Of a stretch of 5,040 nucleotides of DNA, positions 1 through 5,040 are shown in pieces. The notes beneath the pieces were generated by a model, which saw only the letters and a list, made by a program, of their open reading frames with translations, ran no database searches and had not been told where the DNA came from. The stretch covers positions 1 through 5,040 of the forward strand of contig NW_008806315.1 of NCBI RefSeq assembly GCF_000400465.1, read 5' to 3'. The DNA is from Wallemia ichthyophaga EXF-994 (taxonomy: Eukaryota > Fungi > Basidiomycota). Numbering within the stretch: position 1 is the stretch's first letter; each line of letters starts with the position of its first letter. The translations under genes and the position numbers were made by a program.

Positions 1-190
1 GATTTATAAGGATTTATTAATGTTTAAAACTATAGATTACAAATTTTGTTATTATTACATAAATAATTTTACGATAAACTAGTAATAAAAGATAAATTTT
101 AGATATTATAAGATAATGGATAATTAGTTACTTGGAGTATTTTATATATGGTATAATATTGAAGGAAATTATGGTAATATTATCTGTTAA

Positions 191-439
<249 letters not shown>

Positions 440-720
440 ATACCATCAATTTGATACTTCCATGTATCATTTCTAACAATATTTACTATTTAGTATTTAT
501 TGTTAGTAGTCGTCTATACATATTATATATTTTAATTAGAGAGAAAAGAAAATAATTGTTTATAAAAAAATATAAAATTATAGGTATTAGGTTTAAATTT
601 TTAAAAATCTATAGTACTTGTTACATTTTTATACGTTAATTGTTTGGAAAATATAAAAGTTTTGTACTTTAATAGATAATATCTGTTATTTGTATTGTAG
701 TTAAAGAAAAAAGATGATGA

Positions 721-1235
721 AAGGTTTTAACAAATACGGTTTCTACCCTTTGTCTCATTTCTAGTGTAAATCTTAGACAAAATCTGGATTTATGGATGCA
801 GGTTTATGGTAAAGGTGGTGTTTCTGCATGGTTAAATACTATTACTGGTGACCTTTATATTGGTAGAGATTTAAGAAGAGCATTAAGTTATCTATCTGAT
901 TCTTATAAGAAAACTAATGCCAATACTAGAGTAGTCAAAAATATGGAATAAAATTTTAAGTTTTGTGTATTAGAAGAATTTGACAAATAGATAAAATCTC
1001 GAATAAAGACACTTATGGTGAACTTAAAGTTTACAATAGTGCATTGATTATAGACGTCATGCATATCCTGATCTAACTAAATCTGAAAAGATGATGGGTG
1101 ATAAAAATCACTTTTTTGGTAATAAACATACGGATAGGCTATTCTTTCATAACAAATATAAAAACTCCAATAAGACCAGGTGTTGTAGTTGAATGAATTG
1201 ATCTAAAAAATGAGGAAAAGGAGTGCAAGTTAGTC
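721..1235 (+). pseudogene. Degenerate GIY-YIG homing endonuclease gene with NUMOD3-like motif
   Basis: Frame of 781 reads YGKGGVSAWLNTITGDLYIGRDLRRALSYLS (GIY-like GVS at 817-825, YIG at 856-864), stop at 949-951, then NFKFCVLEEF. A second frame gives KMMGDKNHFFGNKHTD (1088-1135, NUMOD3-like) and a third gives IRPGVVVE(TGA)IDLKNEEK (1170-1220, resembling the C-terminal DNA-binding repeats). Several stops and frameshifts; boundaries approximate. Confidence 0.8.
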
Positions 1236-2293
1236 TTTTATTTAGTAATTTCGTTCCTCTCTCATTATTAAATAAAAATTATACAACCAACTCATATAGT
1301 AAATCATTTGATGATAAAGGTTGGTTTTTACTGGTTTAACTGATGGCGAAGGATATTTTACAGCTGATATTAACAAGTCTAATACTACTAAATTAGGATA
1401 GGACTAAGATTTGGTTTACTAATGCATATTCGTGATATTGAATTACTACTTTCTTTTTCTGAATATTTAGGAAATATTGGTTATGTTAGAGCTGATCATA
1501 ATAGAAACCAGGCAGTGTTTAATGTTAGTTCTATTCAAGAACTAGTAATGGTTATTAACCATTTTAACAGATATCCATTAGTTACATCTAAATTTCTAGC
1601 TTTTTATACTTTTAAATTAATTCATAATATTATTATCACTAAGCAGCATCTAAGTGTATCTGGTTTTGTTTTAGTATGTTCTTATATTAACATTTTAAAT
1701 AAACCGTTATATCCAAAAAACTTGGTGAATTAACTAATGCTTTTGGTTGTTTATATGATGTTGTACAACATCATATAAACAACCAAAAGCATTAGTTAAT
1801 TCACCAAGTTTTTTGGATATAACGGTTTATTTAAAATGTTAATATAAGAACATACTAAAACAAAACCAGATACACTTAGATGCTGCTTAGTGATAATAAT
1901 ATTATGAATTAATTTAAAAGTATAAAAAGCTAGAAATTTAGATGTAACTAATGGATATCTGTTAAAATGGTTAATAACCATTACTAGTTCTTGAATAGAA
2001 CTAACATTAAACACTGCCTGGTTTCTATTATGATCAGCTCTAACATAACCAATATTTCCTAAATATTCAGAAAAAGAAAGTAGTAATTCAATATCACGAA
2101 TATGCATTAGTAAACCAAATCTTAGTCCTATCCTAATTTAGTAGTATTAGACTTGTTAATATCAGCTGTAAAATATCCTTCGCCATCAGTTAAACCAGTA
2201 AAAACCAACCTTTATCATCAAATGATTTACTATATGAGTTGGTTGTATAATTTTTATTTAATAATGAGAGAGGAACGAAATTACTAAATAAAA
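1236..2293. repeat. Perfect spacer-less palindrome, 1058 bp (two 529-bp inverted arms, 1236-1764 and 1765-2293)
   Basis: Position i pairs with 3529-i. Blocks 1236-1428 vs 2101-2293 and 1669-1764 vs 1765-1860 were checked by eye with no mismatch; the remaining interior is supported by the identical 103-aa ORFs 1422-1733(+) and 1796-2107(-). Centre ...GATGTTGT|ACAACATC...; first mismatch at 1235(C)/2294(C). Confidence 0.98.
1241..1764 (+). pseudogene. Degenerate LAGLIDADG homing endonuclease, left (inverted) copy, first domain only
   Basis: Joining three frames gives ...DDKGWFL/TGLTDGEGYFTADINKSNTTKLG/IGLRFGLLMHIRDIELL...INHFNRYPLVTSKF...LNKPLYPK/KLGELTNAFG. LAGLIDADG motif TGLTDGEG at 1330-1353. 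Frameshifts near 1330, 1398 and 1715-1720. The ORF-track ORF 1422-1733 is the middle piece. Confidence 0.88.
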
Positions 2294-2372
2294 CTAATAA
2301 CTGAAGAATACTATTGTCTAAAACTACACTCTTATTATAATGTGAACTTATATTATTAAATATATAATAATA
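1765..2372 (-). pseudogene. Degenerate intron-encoded LAGLIDADG homing endonuclease, right copy (probably the native one), truncated at the palindrome centre
   Basis: Mirror of the left copy. On the minus strand the frame stays open across the arm boundary 2294/2293 (SVVLDNSILQLLVLFSNFVPLSLLNK...GWFL) back to the intron S/P9 region, and it is co-oriented with the cob intron. The upstream limit is approximate and no in-frame ATG was seen. Confidence 0.85.
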
Positions 2373-2535
2373 TCGGACTATATCATATTATTGTATTGTA
2401 TAGTCTCTGAAAATGTTTCACATTTAGCTAATTGTACAAATTTTTACGGATTATAACAATATAAAATTGTACCATTAAAAACTTTGTATATATATATCTA
2501 GCTATTGAATATATTTTATAGCTACACACTAAATT
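2350..2535 (-). mobile_element. Group I intron (IB-like) catalytic core in cob, inserted after cob nt 155; 3' end not found in the window
   Basis: Minus strand: P1 = exon UAGCUAU paired with GUAGCUA (2525-2519), with U.G at the splice site; P4 = UAGCUAG (2504-2498) with UUAGCUA (2431-2425); P5 = 2488-2476 with 2446-2435; P6 = AAUGU-GAA-ACAUU; R element UCAGAGACUA (2410-2401); S element AUGAUAUAGUCC (2386-2375); 9-bp P9-like hairpin at 2373-2350. P3 and P8 were not confidently resolved. Confidence 0.9.
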
Positions 2536-2690
2536 ATAGCTAGGATGATACCTGTTACTAATTGTAAACCAAGACAAGTTGCTAATAGTGATCCAAAATT
2601 CCACATGTAACTAATGTTAGCTGGTTGTGGAGAATCAACAACGTAACTATTCACTAAACTTAATAATGGATGTGATTTTAGTAAACGCAT
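2536..2690 (-). CDS. cob: Apocytochrome b, exon 1 (155 nt; partial CDS)
   Basis: Reverse complement from ATG at 2690 reads [51 protein letters not shown] plus AT, clearly the cytochrome b N-terminus. Similarity stops inside the Met codon of the conserved LAMHY, exactly at the group I 5' splice site (exon ends in U). No stops or frameshifts. Confidence 0.96.
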
Positions 2691-3042
2691 AAATTTAATA
2701 AAAAATAGCTAATAGTATATAGATATCTAATTTAATAGATAAATATTATACTATTATTGCTGTAAAAACAACAACTTAAATGACAACGTAAAAAATTGCT
2801 ATTATAAAAATAATAACATATAGAAATTAAAAAAATTACCTAAAAGTAAAAAATAAAAATAATAAATGAAATTCAAAAAAAATAAAATAAATTCGTAATT
2901 AAGCTACCTTTATAATATATATTTTAATATAATATTAGATTATGCTAAGTTTGTTTTAACTTATAAAATTTTATGTTAGGACGATATTGTATATATTGAC
3001 GTTAAAATAAATGTATGGACGAATAATATATAAAATATTAGT

Positions 3043-3069
3043 GATATATTAGATATATTAGATATATTA
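3043..3069. repeat. Tandem repeat, 3 x GATATATTA, in the nad4-cob spacer
   Basis: Three exact 9-bp units at 3043-3051, 3052-3060 and 3061-3069. Confidence 0.85.
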
Positions 3070-3198
3070 TTATATAAGAATAAAAAAGTATTAGTTTTAT
3101 TATAAATAGAAATAATAAATTATTTTTAGAGTTATGTTATTGGATTATATTAGGGAGGGGTATTAAATTTTTATAATAGTGGTTAATTAGTTATTATA

Positions 3199-4659
3199 TT
3201 AGTATAATAGACCTGTAACACTTACGTGTAAGTTATCAAGAATAACATTAGGGTAAATTCCTAGTAAAAGAGTCATAGTAATTAATGGTAATAATACGTG
3301 AAATTCTCTTCTATTAATATCTTTCATATAGCTTAGGTATTTACTATAAGTACCGAAACTCATTCTTGAGAATAACCAGATACTATATGCTGCTCCTAAT
3401 ACAACACTCGAGGCTGCTAATGTACCTACAACCATTGATTTTCCAAAGATACCCATTAATGATAATGATTCTCCTAACCAATTTAGAGATAATGGTACTC
3501 CACAGTTTGCTAGTGTTAATACAAAGAATAAGGCAGATGTAACTGGCATATAAAGAGTAAGTCCCCTGTAGTATCTTAGTACACGAGTATGAAATCTATC
3601 ATATAAAATTCCTCCTACTACCATGAATAATCCAGGGGATACAAATCCATGTGCAATTGATAATAACATATCACCTTCAATACCAATTAGATTATTACTA
3701 AATAATCCTAAAATAACAATACCTTGGTGTTGTACTGAACTCATAGCAATAAAACTTTTACTATCTTGTTGTCTCATACATGAGAATGATGCATAAATAA
3801 CTGTAATTAAAGCTAACATTTGAATCATAGGTTGGTAATAACTTGTTGCTTCTGGCATTAAATCAATTAATACTCTTACATAACCATAAGTTGCAAGTTT
3901 TAGAATTAATCCGGCAAGAATAATACTTCCTGCAACAGGTGCTTCACCGTGAGCTCTAGGTAACCAAATATGTCCAAATGGGATTAAAGGTGTTTTAATA
4001 TATAAACCAATAAATACACCTAACCATAGAATATATTGACTATCTAAATTAATTGAATGTAATCTTAAGTATGAAAAATCAGTTGTTCCAAAATTATTAT
4101 TAATAGTTAAAATTGATAATAACATAAATAGTGATCCTCCTAATGTGTATAAGAATAATAAGAATGATGCTCTAATTCTGTTATTACCTCCCCAGATTCC
4201 TACAATAAGGAATAATGGGATAAGTACTGATTCGAAGAAAACATAGAATAAAATTAGATCACTAACTGTGAAAACAGCAATTAATAAAGATTCTAAAATT
4301 AGTAATAAAATTAGGTAATATTTAGCTTTAAATTTAATATTAGTCCATGATGCTAAAATAGAGATAGGCATAGTAAATGTAGTTAATAATACAAAATAAA
4401 GACTTAAACCGTCAATACCAAAATGAAAACTACAGAAACTAGTATCAAAAATTTGAGAAACAAATTGATAACCTACATGACTATTATCAAATTGTACAAA
4501 TAAGTATAATGATAATACAAATGTGATTACTGTTCCTACTAATGCTAGAACAAAAGGATTAGTACTAAATACATTAGATTTGTTATTAGTTCCACTTTCA
4601 TTATTAACTGAAATAAAAAAACATGTAACTAAAGGAATTAAAATTAGACTTAAAATCAT
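3199..4659 (-). CDS. nad4: NADH dehydrogenase subunit 4, 486 aa, intronless
   Basis: Full ORF with ND4/NuoM motifs: FGIDGLSLYFVLLTT, FYVFFESVLIP, KTP..HIWLPRAH.EAP, LAGLILKLATYG, AHGFVSPGLF, YDRFHTR, GESL. ATG at 4659, TAA at 3201-3199. Confidence 0.98.
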   Translation of the reverse strand: MILSLILIPLVTCFFISVNNESGTNNKSNVFSTNPFVLALVGTVITFVLSLYLFVQFDNSHVGYQFVSQIFDTSFCSFHFGIDGLSLYFVLLTTFTMPISILASWTNIKFKAKYYLILLLILESLLIAVFTVSDLILFYVFFESVLIPLFLIVGIWGGNNRIRASFLLFLYTLGGSLFMLLSILTINNNFGTTDFSYLRLHSINLDSQYILWLGVFIGLYIKTPLIPFGHIWLPRAHGEAPVAGSIILAGLILKLATYGYVRVLIDLMPEATSYYQPMIQMLALITVIYASFSCMRQQDSKSFIAMSSVQHQGIVILGLFSNNLIGIEGDMLLSIAHGFVSPGLFMVVGGILYDRFHTRVLRYYRGLTLYMPVTSALFFVLTLANCGVPLSLNWLGESLSLMGIFGKSMVVGTLAASSVVLGAAYSIWLFSRMSFGTYSKYLSYMKDINRREFHVLLPLITMTLLLGIYPNVILDNLHVSVTGLLY

Positions 4660-4830
4660 ATTTATATTTATTATAAAAATAATTGCGAATTTCCATTGAA
4701 TATCTTATTAATAAAAGATAATCATTTAACTTATTACCTATAATTATAGTATTTTTTAGATTTTTATATAATTGTTTTATATTTATTTATTATATATTAC
4801 TGTTTTATTAAAGGAAATAATTAAATTTAA

Positions 4831-4914
4831 GGAATAGTCTCCATCGGTAAGGTAAAACAGTTGCTATCTGTTTAGATTTTTTAATCTTGGTAGGTTCGAA
4901 TCCTGCCTATTCCG
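4831..4914 (+). tRNA. trnS(gcu): tRNA-Ser (anticodon GCU) with long variable arm
   Basis: Acceptor stem GGAATAG (4831-4837) with CTATTCC (4907-4913), discriminator G. Anticodon stem AACAG/CTGTT with loop TT-GCT-AT (GCT at 4863-4865). Variable arm AGATT-TTTT-AATCT. T arm GTAGG-TTCGAAT-CCTGC. Confidence 0.96.
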
Positions 4915-5040
4915 TGTAAATATAAATACATACCCACAATATTAAATAAATAAATAAATACCAAATAATAATTATACTTAACATAACTATTATTTCATGT
5001 ACAAAAATTTTAATCAGTTTTATTAATACCATAATAAGCA

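Noticed and set aside
445-469. Small hairpins just after the atp9 stop (ATCAA-T-TTGAT; TGATAC-TTCCAT-GTATCA) as a terminator
   Set aside because: Stems of 5-6 bp are expected by chance in AT-rich DNA, and there is no supporting evidence.
1194-1196. TGA read as Trp (genetic code 4) suggested by an in-frame TGA in the GIY-YIG remnant
   Set aside because: It lies in a pseudogene. The intact nad4 and cob exon use only TGG for Trp, so the window cannot settle the code.
1734-1795. GCATTA near the palindrome centre as the start of cob exon 2 (it matches the P10 prediction)
   Set aside because: It reads G-CAT-TAG (immediate stop), is preceded by A rather than the intron's terminal G, and what follows is LAGLIDADG sequence, not cytochrome b.
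1422-2107. The two identical 103-aa ORFs as functional proteins or a novel gene pair
   Set aside because: They are the middle fragment of a frameshifted LAGLIDADG gene, lacking the catalytic motif (which lies upstream in another frame), and are identical only because of the palindrome.
2691-3198. RNase P RNA (rnpB), a tRNA or an ORF in the nad4-cob spacer
   Set aside because: No GGAAAGTC-type conserved region, cloverleaf or credible ORF was found. It is very AT-rich spacer; the 3 x 9-bp repeat is ordinary slippage-type sequence.
4660-4830. Bidirectional promoter between the divergent nad4 and trnS
   Set aside because: Plausible from gene orientation, but no recognisable promoter motif was found; the imperfect inverted repeat at 4701-4720 is too weak to call.

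Overview
AT-rich fungal mitochondrial DNA (atp9, cob and nad4 look basidiomycete-like; this is an inference). Left to right: intact atp9 (+, 218-439); a decayed GIY-YIG homing endonuclease gene (+, ~721-1235); a perfect, spacer-less 1058-bp palindrome (1236-2293, two 529-bp arms, centre TGT|ACA at 1764/1765) made of a frameshifted, truncated LAGLIDADG gene; then, on the minus strand and missed by the ORF track, cob exon 1 (2690-2536) followed by a well-formed group I intron core (P1/IGS, P4-P7, P9) that runs into the palindrome; intact nad4 (-, 4659-3199); and tRNA-Ser(GCU) (+, 4831-4914). The main anomaly is that the cob intron has no recognisable 3' end and no cob exon 2 follows in the window. 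Its sense strand instead folds back through the palindrome and runs antisense into GIY-YIG and atp9, yet its guide sequence still specifies the correct missing exon 2. Candidate explanations are a trans-spliced (split) group I intron, the joined hairpin/inverted-repeat ends of a linear mtDNA, a very large intron containing atp9, or an assembly artefact. The window alone cannot separate these.
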